Of a DNA stretch of 35,857 nucleotides, positions 15,401-23,600 are shown piece by piece. The stretch comes from Anaerolineae bacterium. Lineage in GTDB: Bacteria; Chloroflexota; Anaerolineae; J102. How positions within the stretch are numbered: the first letter of the stretch is position 1; every line of letters begins with the position of its first letter. Made by a program: the position numbers and the translations under genes. The stretch covers positions 1-35,857 of the forward strand of contig JALSPL010000327.1 in the NCBI GenBank assembly GCA_026985975.1, written 5' to 3'. The notes beneath the pieces were generated by a model. The model worked only from the letters and a program-made list of their open reading frames with translations. It was not told the DNA's origin and made no database searches.

Positions 15401-17582
15401 CGATATCCACCTGAAAATCGCCGGGAACGCCAGTGTAGTTGGTGATGAATTCACATTGATAGGCGTGGCCGGCTGCAATGGTCTGGGGAACGGAGCAGGT
15501 GCCCTGTCCGTTCAGATCGCCGTACACATCATCCGTCAGGGTGTCGATGGTGACGGCCCGGCCGCTGGTGCTGGTGTTGGTGATGAGAATCGTAAAGATC
15601 ACCAGGCCGCCCGGCTCTGTCAACTGCACCGGATCGGCGGTTTTGGTCAGTTGGATGGAGGAGACGGGGCTGATGATGTTGACGGTGGCGGTGTCACAGT
15701 CTCCGACGGTGGCGCCGTTTTCATCCGTGCCGATGGCGGTGACGGTGTCCGTCTCGCTATCGCCCGCCACGCCGGTGATATTCTCGGTGAATTGGCATTC
15801 ATAGAAATGACCGGCAGCAATGGTCTGAGGCACAGAACAAGTCCCCTTGCCGTTCAGATCGCCGTAAATGGTGTCGGTCAGCTCGTTGATGGTGATGCCG
15901 TTGACCTGGCTGGTGTTGTTCACCCGTACGGTGAAGGTGACCGGGCCGCCGGGCTCCTCGATGGAAGTCGGATCCGCGGTCTTGGTGACGACCACAGCCG
16001 AAGCCACGCTGGTGATGGTGACAATGGCTGTGCCGTCGCCAGAGACAGGCTCGCCGTCATCATCCGCACCGCTGGCAGTAACGGTGTCGGTGTGACTGTC
16101 ACCGGCGTCACCGCTGACATGGGCCACGAAATTGCAGTCATAGGTCTGACCGGGCTGCAAGGTGAAGGGAACGGCGCAGGTGCCCTGACCATTCAGATCG
16201 CCGAAAACATTATCACTCAGGCTGTCAATGGTGACAGCATCGGCGGTGCTGGTGTTTTCGATATGCACCGAGAAGGTGACATCGCCGCCAGGGACGGGAA
16301 CGGTGGTGGGATTGGCGCCTTTGGTAACGACGATGGAGGAGGAGGCGTTGGTGATGGTCACGGTGGCGTCATCCGAACCACTGAGTGACGCCCCATCATC
16401 ATCCGTGGCGTTGGCGGTCACTGTGTCGGTCTCGACATCGCCATTATTGCCGCTGACCGTGGCGGAGAACTGGCAGGTGTAGCTGCCTCCGGCCGGGATG
16501 GTCTGGGGCACGGCGCAATCGCCCTGACCGTTCAAGTTGCCGTGAATGGAGTCGGAGAGGGTGTTGATGGTGATGCTGTCAGCAGAGCTGGTGTTGTTGA
16601 TCTGCACGGTAAAGGTGACCGGGCCGCCCGGCTCGGGCAGGCTGGCGGGGCTGGCGCTTTTGAGCACCTGCATGGAAGAGGGCGCATTGGTGATGGTCAC
16701 CGTCGCGTCATCCTGTCCGCTCACCTGATTCTGATTGCTGTCGGTTCCCGAAGCTGTCACCACATCGGTTTCAGTATCGCCGGCATTCCCGGAAACGGTA
16801 GCGGTGAATTGACAACTATAACTGCCGCCAGCGGGGATGGTTTGCGGCGTTGCGCAATCGCCCTGACCGTTCAAATCGCCATGAACCGAGTCGTTAAGCG
16901 TATCAATGGTAACGGAGGCTGCCGCACTTTGGTTATCGATGGTGACTGTAAAGGTGACTGTGCCGCCCGGCTCGGGCAGGCTGGTGGGATCTGCAGTTTT
17001 GGTGACGGCGATAGTGGCGGCCTGGGGTGCGTAGCCGAAGTCGGCGTCCAGATATTCGCTGGGTTCAGTGGGCAGATTGACGCCCATGGGAGTGGGGCCA
17101 TAGGTGCCGTCACTGGTGAGATCATAATTCTCCAGCGGACCGCCCGCGTCGAAATTGGTGCTGTCAATTTCAACCCAATAGAAATTAACGCCGTCCAGCT
17201 GATCAAACAGATACCATCCTTGTTCGGTGGCGGGGGTGTCGGGATTGTCTCCCGTCGTCTTTTGGTCAATCAAAGTATCCAGGCTGGGGTTAAAAACGCC
17301 ATCGCCGTCATCCAGCCATAAGTTGACCAGAACGCCATCGATGCCGCTTTCGCCTGCGTCCTGATTACCGTCACGATTGCTGTCCAACCAGACGTAATCA
17401 CCGATAGTGGAGACTCCCAACGGAGAATGAGGCCCGGCCAAGCCGGATCCTGGCTGGGTCTGGGTGACAGCCGCGGTGGGTTGAATCAGCAATGATGCCA
17501 AAGCAACGACAAAAATGACGCTGAGGAGAACAGCTACAACCAGATGAATGCGGCGTTTCGTGTGTGTAGGGGGAATCATCAT
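12414..17582 (-). CDS. large secreted/cell-surface repeat protein: signal-anchor, SdrD-B-like domain, 8 DUF11-like beta-sandwich repeats, Cna-B/prealbumin-like domain, PT linkers, orphan W/Y-rich module, C-terminal YVTN beta-propeller
   Basis: N-terminal hydrophobic segment: IHLVVAVLLSVIFVVALASLL. The SdrD-B-like domain begins GDYVWLDSNRDGNQDAGESGIDGV. Eight ~113-aa units match TKTADPTSLPEPGG.VTFTV.I.NTS....TI..L.D...G.LNGQG.C..PQT...G..Y.C.F. PT linkers include TPTSTPTVNPSQTPTNTP... and PPTPTPIPPTPTPAPPTPTP. YVTN-type blades include LYITNRDSGDVLVL, KIYVACPLSNEIAVI, RIYVVAHDSNRLEEI and RVYVGSRDHNAVTVV. Start is taken at ATG 17582, with AAGGAG 8 nt upstream. The track's GTG 17591 overlaps the upstream stop (GTGA). 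Confidence 0.85.
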   Translation of the reverse strand: MMIPPTHTKRRIHLVVAVLLSVIFVVALASLLIQPTAAVTQTQPGSGLAGPHSPLGVSTIGDYVWLDSNRDGNQDAGESGIDGVLVNLWLDDGDGVFNPSLDTLIDQKTTGDNPDTPATEQGWYLFDQLDGVNFYWVEIDSTNFDAGGPLENYDLTSDGTYGPTPMGVNLPTEPSEYLDADFGYAPQAATIAVTKTADPTSLPEPGGTVTFTVTIDNQSAAASVTIDTLNDSVHGDLNGQGDCATPQTIPAGGSYSCQFTATVSGNAGDTETDVVTASGTDSNQNQVSGQDDATVTITNAPSSMQVLKSASPASLPEPGGPVTFTVQINNTSSADSITINTLSDSIHGNLNGQGDCAVPQTIPAGGSYTCQFSATVSGNNGDVETDTVTANATDDDGASLSGSDDATVTITNASSSIVVTKGANPTTVPVPGGDVTFSVHIENTSTADAVTIDSLSDNVFGDLNGQGTCAVPFTLQPGQTYDCNFVAHVSGDAGDSHTDTVTASGADDDGEPVSGDGTAIVTITSVASAVVVTKTADPTSIEEPGGPVTFTVRVNNTSQVNGITINELTDTIYGDLNGKGTCSVPQTIAAGHFYECQFTENITGVAGDSETDTVTAIGTDENGATVGDCDTATVNIISPVSSIQLTKTADPVQLTEPGGLVIFTILITNTSTSGRAVTIDTLTDDVYGDLNGQGTCSVPQTIAAGHAYQCEFITNYTGVPGDFQVDIVTASGADTLNNPVQSSDSAHVSIIDSPSSLALTKVANPTSVPEPGGIVTFTFSITNTSAVDSITIDTLTDSIYGNLNGRGNCAVGQTLAAGASYTCSFSTTVTGNAGDSETNIAIVTGTDDDGNDVHASDDATVNITDVPASIVLTKTANPTSLPEPGGPVTFSVIITNTSPADEVTIETLTDDIHGNLNGQGNCSVPQTLAVGASYECHFTATVSGNAGDVETDIVAATGTDDDGSGVSANDDADVFITDVLPTIVLTKTASPSVVPEPGGVVSFTITISNTSPADPIDILTLADSVYGDLNGMGDCVLPQTIPVGGSYACTFQQIVRGREGDTHTNVAITSGFDDENNPVVDSDDEVVTVGPPSGEPGCISGYKVDDLHVGLPDWRIHVRPAGNPNPEYITQTDGSGYFEFQGLAPGQWEVWEEMQSGWEPVTSERFEVTVFSGRNCTQVRFKNRQTSVTPTSTPTVNPSQTPTNTPTINPSWTPTSTPTPTPMLTPTSTPGCPCNTPTPTPTPVLPQGCYASSRLEFNIWGRDYSIPLWDDAHVWSVNALPWQRSTTFTIKAYSGPVTWTLYQPYWHKQDGGYVYTYPGGHAGEDFTMYVHTRCGTLQLQGAIDDPTPTPGPPAGMPHQVWVPIITNVGVSAAYPTSTFTPVPPTPTPIPPTPTPAPPTPTPVPPTPTPRPVLITPHNAGVSGLNTPNDLALNAANNSLYITNRDSGDVLVLSATDYHHVATIPVCQRPFGVAVNARTNKIYVACPLSNEIAVIGGAGNRVIKRISVGDFPTYIAVNQTSNRIYVVAHDSNRLEEIDGASDTRLRGIGVAGGAFGLAVDETNNRVYVGSRDHNAVTVVSATTWSILDSYRVNTQDVVGSVYALAYNRYNARLYVTYRGPGFGARLGVFNVTARGLKRIATVALPDIGDDASGRIGIDARTGHVFIPSMQSNSVSVLDAPTNVIVKNIPVGRGPFGVAVDDAGSQIFVGAKLANQLWVLQESH
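14300..17020 (-). repeat. eight tandem coding repeats, period ~339-342 bp (DUF11-like, one Cys pair per unit)
   Basis: The G(D/N)LNG-encoding motif recurs on the + strand near 14490, 14830, 15170, 15508, 15852, 16190, 16528 and 16868. Confidence 0.85.
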
Positions 17583-17587
17583 CGCCT

Positions 17588-20446
17588 TCACTCCTTTACC
17601 ACAAGGGGTAAGAAAATCTGCTGATCGGGCGACAGTGCGTTCACCGGGAGTGAAAGCGCCGGATCGCCCATTAATAAAAAGGTGTCAACTAGATCGAGAT
17701 AACTTTGAGAGGGGGCGTTGGCAGCCAGATAAAGTTTGCCGGCAGTGGCGGCCGCCCCGAGTTCCTGACCAGAACCATGAAAGACGGAAAGGAAAAAGCC
17801 TTTCTCAAGATAATCATGGCCGGAACTGAGACCGTAACCGGTGGGCGCCCAACTGGCAATGGCGCCGTTGTCCGCCAGACGCATGCCAGCTTCGCTGGTG
17901 GATTGATCGCCGCGTGCGGGTTCGATAAAGTAGCCTTCGTTGCAGGTCATGGGTAACATGATGGGAAATTTACGACCATTCTGCATTTGTGATGCAGCCG
18001 TTACATCCCAAATGCGTTCTCTGGCCCAGAAAGTCTTGGCGCCGTGGCCGATGAAACTAACGAAGAGAGCGCCCTGATCATCCAGAACATGCTGCATTTT
18101 CTGCCGACAATCCGGGCCCGAGTTGCAGGTGCGGTCGAGATAAAGCTTGGTGCGAGCGTACTGCCCGGGGATGAGCTTGGTGGCGTTGGTCGGTGGATCG
18201 ATGTAGCCGTCGGCGATGGCGTCGGAGAGTTCGTAGAAATTCCCGCCGCCGCCTTCCAGATTATCGGTGACGAAGAGGATGTTACGGGTCCAGGCGTCAT
18301 CGACCGTGGTGCGCTCATACGTCAGGATTTTATCCACCATGGCCGCGGTTTCAGCCGCTGTGTTGGCGGGCAGACGCCCGATGTGCATGTCTGGCAGAAT
18401 ATCGTCGGCGGTGATGGCAACGAAACGATTATCAGTAGCCGTTTCGCCCAGGGTGGGGTCCACCATGTCCAGATAAGGTGGCAGGAAGGTGTCGGCGCTG
18501 GTGCTGAGATAATGCCTCATGTCATACGTGCCATCCCCCACCAGCAGGACAAAGCTGGGGGCGGGAGGCTGCCAGTGTGCGTAGGCGTAGGCCAAAAAAT
18601 CTCTGATAGCCTCGGCGGACATCATGCCATAGCCGAATTCGTCGTAAACATCCTGCGTGCTGACAGCCATCACCCGATAGCCTTGCGCCGATCGATGGTC
18701 GAGCAGGGGCCTGATGGCCTCACCGAAATCGGGATGGAAGATGACGATGTAGTCTGCGCCATTCTCCGGCGAGGCCAGGGGGACCTTGCCGGTCTCCTTC
18801 TGCTGGATGGCCAATGGTTTCCGGCGCTGGCCTCGGGCCTGGGCCAGGTATTTTCGGGAGGTCGCGGTTGTGTCGCCAAACTGCAATCGATACTGCCCGC
18901 CGCCCATATCCACGGCCTGCCAGCCGGTCAGGCGATGGGTGTGGACAGGATCGCTGATATCGTACAGCTCCAGATCGGAAGAAGTGAAGCCATCCACCTG
19001 ATAGCGCCAGGCTCCAGCCTGTTCGCTGCCGAATTCGAGCCTGTTCTCCCGGGCCAGCAAGATGCGATGGTAGGATAGCTGAATCCAATCTACATAGATC
19101 TGATCGATGGTCTGTCCGGGATCGTCATTCATCAATTCGATACGAACGACGTTGTCGCCAGAGTGCAGATAACTCTGAGAAAAAGAAAAGGTTTTCTCAA
19201 AGACAGTGCGTCCCTGCCAGACGTCATCTTTTATCAAATGTCCGTTCACATACAGACGCAGATGATGTTGGGCGTTTGTATTGCCGCCCAACGCCAGGGC
19301 AATTTCAGCCTGATGGGAACCATATGCCAGGTCTGAAAGCGTCAGCGTGTAATCATAGTGATGGGTTGCTCCCTGCCCATAAACATCAAGACGGCTACCA
19401 TACCAATGATCATAGCCTTTTTCCATGGGAAGCCCGGGAACATAAAACCGGTTCTCCTCGCTGAGAATGCTGGTCTCATAAGAGGTGACAGCAGTTGTAT
19501 TGGGTTGACTGCGGCGATCGCTCATGCGAAGGCCAAATCCATTGCCATAAGTCAGCCAATAGACATTGGCGTCGGTATAGCGGGTGTCGACACCCTGGCC
19601 ATAAAACAAAAGTGCATCTCCCTGATCAAGACGAGAATTCTCCTCTCCGGTTACGGTTATCGCCACTTCTTTTCCAAAATTGAATAATTTCAGGGTGCGG
19701 GGATCTAATGTATCCACCGGCAAGCCTGCATCACGCAGATCCTGATAGCTGAGCTCGTAGACGCCTGGCTTGTCCACCAAGATGCGCCAGGCGGGCGTTG
19801 GCGGCGTCCAGACGCCGATTGCAGGAGAAATGACGTCAGGCTGCGCCCGAAAGGAACGGGCTTCGTCGTAGTTTGCCAACAGTTCCCGGAAGATAGCCTC
19901 ATAGGAGTCAGGTTCGGGGATGCTTGCGCCCGCTTCGCCGCCCTGAAAACGCACATGCACCTGCATTCGCCTGACGAAAAGCGCTTGACCGGTGAGAGGA
20001 TCTTTCTGTACAGCAGGGACTTCCAGGCGTACGATGCGTTGTGAGCGCATGAAGCCCAGATCAATCACCTGCGCTTTGATCATGTCATTGGCGGCCGACT
20101 GAGGAAAGGATGCAGACAACGCGTCGCAGAGCAGGCCGATATCTCCCAATGATTCCGCGTCCAACGGCTGGACGGTGACGGAGACAAGCGCCCGCGGCGG
20201 CGCTCCCAGCAGCAACGAACGCAGGGGCGCAGCGCCATTGCCGAGAACCAGACGCTGACAGGAGACGCCACCCACCTTGTCGGAGACAAGCCGATAGGAA
20301 TCAAAGCTCAGGCGCAAGGTCAGGCCCGTGGCGTCGCTTTGCAGCGCCTGCACAGAGGGGCGTGACGGGCCTTCGGCCTGCGCGGGCGTAAGCTGCAACA
20401 GGGAGAGGAGAAAAAGAGAGATGACAAAAACAACAAATCTTCTCAT
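17588..20446 (-). CDS. secreted family C25 (gingipain/PorU-type) cysteine peptidase
   Basis: Signal peptide: MRRFVVFVISLFLLSLLQLTPAQA/EG. C25-type core: YIVIFHPDF...LVGDGTYD...TDNRFV...MHIGRLP. Catalytic His context: FVSFIGHGAKTFW (His codon ~18044-18046). Catalytic Cys context: IMLPMTCNEGYF (Cys codon ~17942-17944). The protein ends in LMGDPAL. The first ATG is at 20446; the track's TTG is at 20452. Confidence 0.85.
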   Translation of the reverse strand: MRRFVVFVISLFLLSLLQLTPAQAEGPSRPSVQALQSDATGLTLRLSFDSYRLVSDKVGGVSCQRLVLGNGAAPLRSLLLGAPPRALVSVTVQPLDAESLGDIGLLCDALSASFPQSAANDMIKAQVIDLGFMRSQRIVRLEVPAVQKDPLTGQALFVRRMQVHVRFQGGEAGASIPEPDSYEAIFRELLANYDEARSFRAQPDVISPAIGVWTPPTPAWRILVDKPGVYELSYQDLRDAGLPVDTLDPRTLKLFNFGKEVAITVTGEENSRLDQGDALLFYGQGVDTRYTDANVYWLTYGNGFGLRMSDRRSQPNTTAVTSYETSILSEENRFYVPGLPMEKGYDHWYGSRLDVYGQGATHHYDYTLTLSDLAYGSHQAEIALALGGNTNAQHHLRLYVNGHLIKDDVWQGRTVFEKTFSFSQSYLHSGDNVVRIELMNDDPGQTIDQIYVDWIQLSYHRILLARENRLEFGSEQAGAWRYQVDGFTSSDLELYDISDPVHTHRLTGWQAVDMGGGQYRLQFGDTTATSRKYLAQARGQRRKPLAIQQKETGKVPLASPENGADYIVIFHPDFGEAIRPLLDHRSAQGYRVMAVSTQDVYDEFGYGMMSAEAIRDFLAYAYAHWQPPAPSFVLLVGDGTYDMRHYLSTSADTFLPPYLDMVDPTLGETATDNRFVAITADDILPDMHIGRLPANTAAETAAMVDKILTYERTTVDDAWTRNILFVTDNLEGGGGNFYELSDAIADGYIDPPTNATKLIPGQYARTKLYLDRTCNSGPDCRQKMQHVLDDQGALFVSFIGHGAKTFWARERIWDVTAASQMQNGRKFPIMLPMTCNEGYFIEPARGDQSTSEAGMRLADNGAIASWAPTGYGLSSGHDYLEKGFFLSVFHGSGQELGAAATAGKLYLAANAPSQSYLDLVDTFLLMGDPALSLPVNALSPDQQIFLPLVVKE

Positions 20447-20611
20447 GGTCAAGGCGCGGAATTTCAGCGAGCGGGGGGAGATGAAAGCAAAACAGGATGG
20501 GAGCGAAGTCCGACAGCGCCTCTGGGTCGGGCGTCCATCTCCGCCAGCAGCGCAGCGGCGCTGACAAGAAGCGCTCTGAACGCTTTCAAAACGATACCCG
20601 AAATGCGTGGC

Positions 20612-20657
20612 AAATGGGCAGGTTTCGAGTGACTAAGCTCTCGAAACCTGCCCATTT
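20612..20657 (-). terminator. 18-bp perfect hairpin between the giant gene and the C25 peptidase gene (putative terminator/attenuator)
   Basis: AAATGGGCAGGTTTCGAG (20612-20629) / CTCGAAACCTGCCCATTT (20640-20657), with a 10-nt loop. It lies ~30 nt past the giant gene's stop. There is no U tract in the minus orientation. Confidence 0.5.
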
Positions 20658-20688
20658 TCTGTCCCATGGGAGGATTCGCGCACGCCGG

Positions 20689-23600
20689 CTAGCGGTGCGC
20701 TGCTCTCCCACTGCGGATGGTGATCCGGACGCTGCCTTCGTTGACGATGCGGCCATCCATCAGGACCGCCTGCAGGATGTAGCGGTAGACGCCTGGGGCA
20801 AGATCAGCAGCGGTGATGCCGTATTCGCCGCCATGATCCATACCCGACCAGCGAGCCGGAACAAAGGCCTCCTGCACGACTTCAGCCTTTGCGCCCAGGC
20901 CTTCCTGACGCAGCACCTGGAAGCCCAGAATGTTCAACTCGCTGACCGTCTCCCAGTTCAGAGTTACATCCCGATCTTCAACTTCCGCTGAGAAATCGAC
21001 GACAAACAGCCCTGTGGGTTTCAGGATGACCACCGGGGCGTCGCCCGATGTCTGTCCCTGTATGGCGTCCAGGGATTCATCAGGCGGAAGCGGACCGTTG
21101 GGGCCATCGGCATCGGCCATGACGCCTGACGCCGTGGCCGTATTGAGGGTGAGACCGTCGGGCTCGTTGCCGGTATCAGCCAGCGTGGTGAACCAGACCG
21201 TTACGGTGACCGTATCGCCGGGAGCGATGTCGCCCACCTGGGCGGTGAGATCGCTCCAGTCGATCTGGCCGTCATCGTTGTTGTCGTCGGAAGGCGGGTT
21301 GGCGTAATTGCCGTTGGCTCCGTAGCTGAGATAGGTCGTGTCGTAGGTGTCGGTCAGGGGCAGCACGGCCAGCCAACTGCCGCCGGTGTTGGTGATGGCG
21401 ATGGTAAAGCTGATGGGATCGCCCACGCGAATGTCACCCTGGGTGTTCAGCTTCTTGGTCAGCGTGTAGCTGGAAGTGACGTAGAAGCCGAAGTCGATGT
21501 TGGGGTTATTTTCACCCGCTCCGAGCGTCACCGAATAATCATGCGTGGTTTCATCGCCGTCCGAGTCGACGGCGTCATCGCTTCCGACTTTAGCGGGACT
21601 GGGCGTCCAGTTCGCCAGCGGGCCGCCAGCCTGGAAGTTGCTGGCGTCCACGGTAACGGTGTAAACGTCTGCCACCAGGTCGGTGAAGGTGTAAACGCCG
21701 TTGGCGTCGGTGGTGGCGTGCAACGTCACGCCGTCGGTCAGGGTGAGCGCAACGCCCTCGATGCCGGGCTCCCCTGCATCCTGAATGCCATCGTGGTTCT
21801 TATCCCACCAGACCAGATCGCCCAGGCTGCCCAGGTTGGCCGTGGGCACGAAGCCGAAGTCCACGGTCATATTGCCCGAATCATCCCGGTTGCCGTCCTG
21901 ATCGGGACTGCCATCCGCGAAGTTCTCGCCGGTAGGCTCGCCCCCCACGCTCAGGGTGACGACGCCGCTGCGGAATTCGCCGGGATTGGGCTCATCCGCG
22001 ATGTTGGAGTCCGTGTTGTCGTCGGTGTTGGGGTCGGGCTGCTGCACGGCGCTGGGGGTGAAGCCCGCGGGCGGGCTGACCTGGATGATGTAATCGCCGG
22101 GGGGCAGGTTGGCGAAGTTGTAGACGCCGTCCGAGCCGGTGGTGACGGGGTTGATGGGATTGCCGGAGGCGTCTTGGGTGATGGGGTTGCCCGCACCATC
22201 CAGCAGGATGACAGTGGCGCCCTGGATGGGCGGTTCGCCCGCGTCCTGGATGCCGTTGTTGTTGTCATCCTGCCACACCAGGCTGCCCACCGAGACGACC
22301 TCAACGAAACCAAAGTCCACGGTCATGTTGCCGTCGGCGTCGGGGTTGCCGTCCTGGTCGGGGCTGCCATCGGCGAAGAGCTCGCCGGTGGGTTCGCCGC
22401 CCACGGTGAGGGTGACGACGCCGCTGGCGTACACGCCGGGCGTGGGCTCATCAGCGATGTTGGAGTCACTATTATCATCGGTGTTGGGGTCGGCTGTCTG
22501 GGATGGGGTGGGCGCATAGCCCGGGGGCGGGGTCACCTGCACGATGTAATCGCCAGGGGCCAGATTGGTGAAGTGATAGACGCCATCTGTTCCCGTAGTG
22601 ACGTCAGCCACGGGGTTGCCGTCCATATCGGTGGCGGGGCTGCCGTCGCTGAAGAGCAGAGAAACGGTTGCGTTTTCGACGGGCGTCTCGCCTGCATCCT
22701 GAATACCGTTGGCATTCTCATCAAGCCAGACAAGACTGCCCAGAGAAACGGGCTCGATGAAGCCGAAGTCCACGGTCATGTTGCCGTCTGCGTCGGGATT
22801 GCCGTCCTGGTCGGGGCCGCCATCCGCGAAGGTCTCGCCCGTGGGTTCCGCGCCGGGCAGCAGGCTGACGACGCCGCTGCGGTAGACGCCGGCGCTGGGC
22901 TCGGTGGCGATGTTGGAGTCGGCGTTGTCATCATTGTTCGGGTTTGTCACTTGCGGCGACGTGGGGCTGTAACCGGCAGGCGGCGTCACCTCGACCATAT
23001 AGTCCCCGGGGGGCAAATTCACGAAGTGATAGACGCCATCAGGGCCAGTGGTGACATCGGCCACAGGGTTGCCGTTAACGTCATTGACAGGATTGCCGGC
23101 GCTATCCAGCAAACGCACGGTGGCGTTCTCGATGCCGGGCTCGCCCGCATCCTGCACGCCGTTGCCGTTGCTATCCTGCCACACGAAGCTGCCCAGGGAA
23201 ACGGGGCGAATGAAGCCGAAATCCACGGTCATGTTGCCGCTAGCGTCGGGATTGCCATCCTGGTCGGGGCTGCCGTCTGCGAAAAGCTCGCCGGTGGGTT
23301 CGCCGCCTACTGTCAGGGTGACGGAGCCGCTCTCATATTGGCCGGGGCTGGGCTCGGTGGCAATGTTGGAATCGGCGTTGTCGTCATTGTTGGGGTCGGC
23401 CACCTGCGGCGGCGTGGGGATGAAGCCCGCAGGCGGGGTCACCCGCACCCGGTAATCTCCCGGAGCCAGGTTGGTGAAGTGATAGACGCCGTCGGGACCG
23501 GTGGTGACGTCGGCCACGGGATTGCCATCGATGTCGGTGACCGGATTACCCGCTGCATCCACCAGGCTCACCGTGGCGTTCTCCACGCCCGGTTCGCCAT

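Noticed and set aside
12999-16388. Long + strand ORFs 12999..15317 (772 aa) and 15342..16388 (348 aa).
   Set aside because: They are antisense shadows of the 1,722-aa surface-protein gene. Their composition is Arg/Gly-rich (for example RRGRGRNGRRRGRRRRRR), mirroring the PT linkers on the sense strand.
17583-17591. GTG start at 17591 for the 1,725-aa ORF.
   Set aside because: The AAGGAG SD is too close to that GTG (it overlaps it) and is optimally spaced (8 nt) for ATG 17582. The difference is only 3 codons, so either remains possible.
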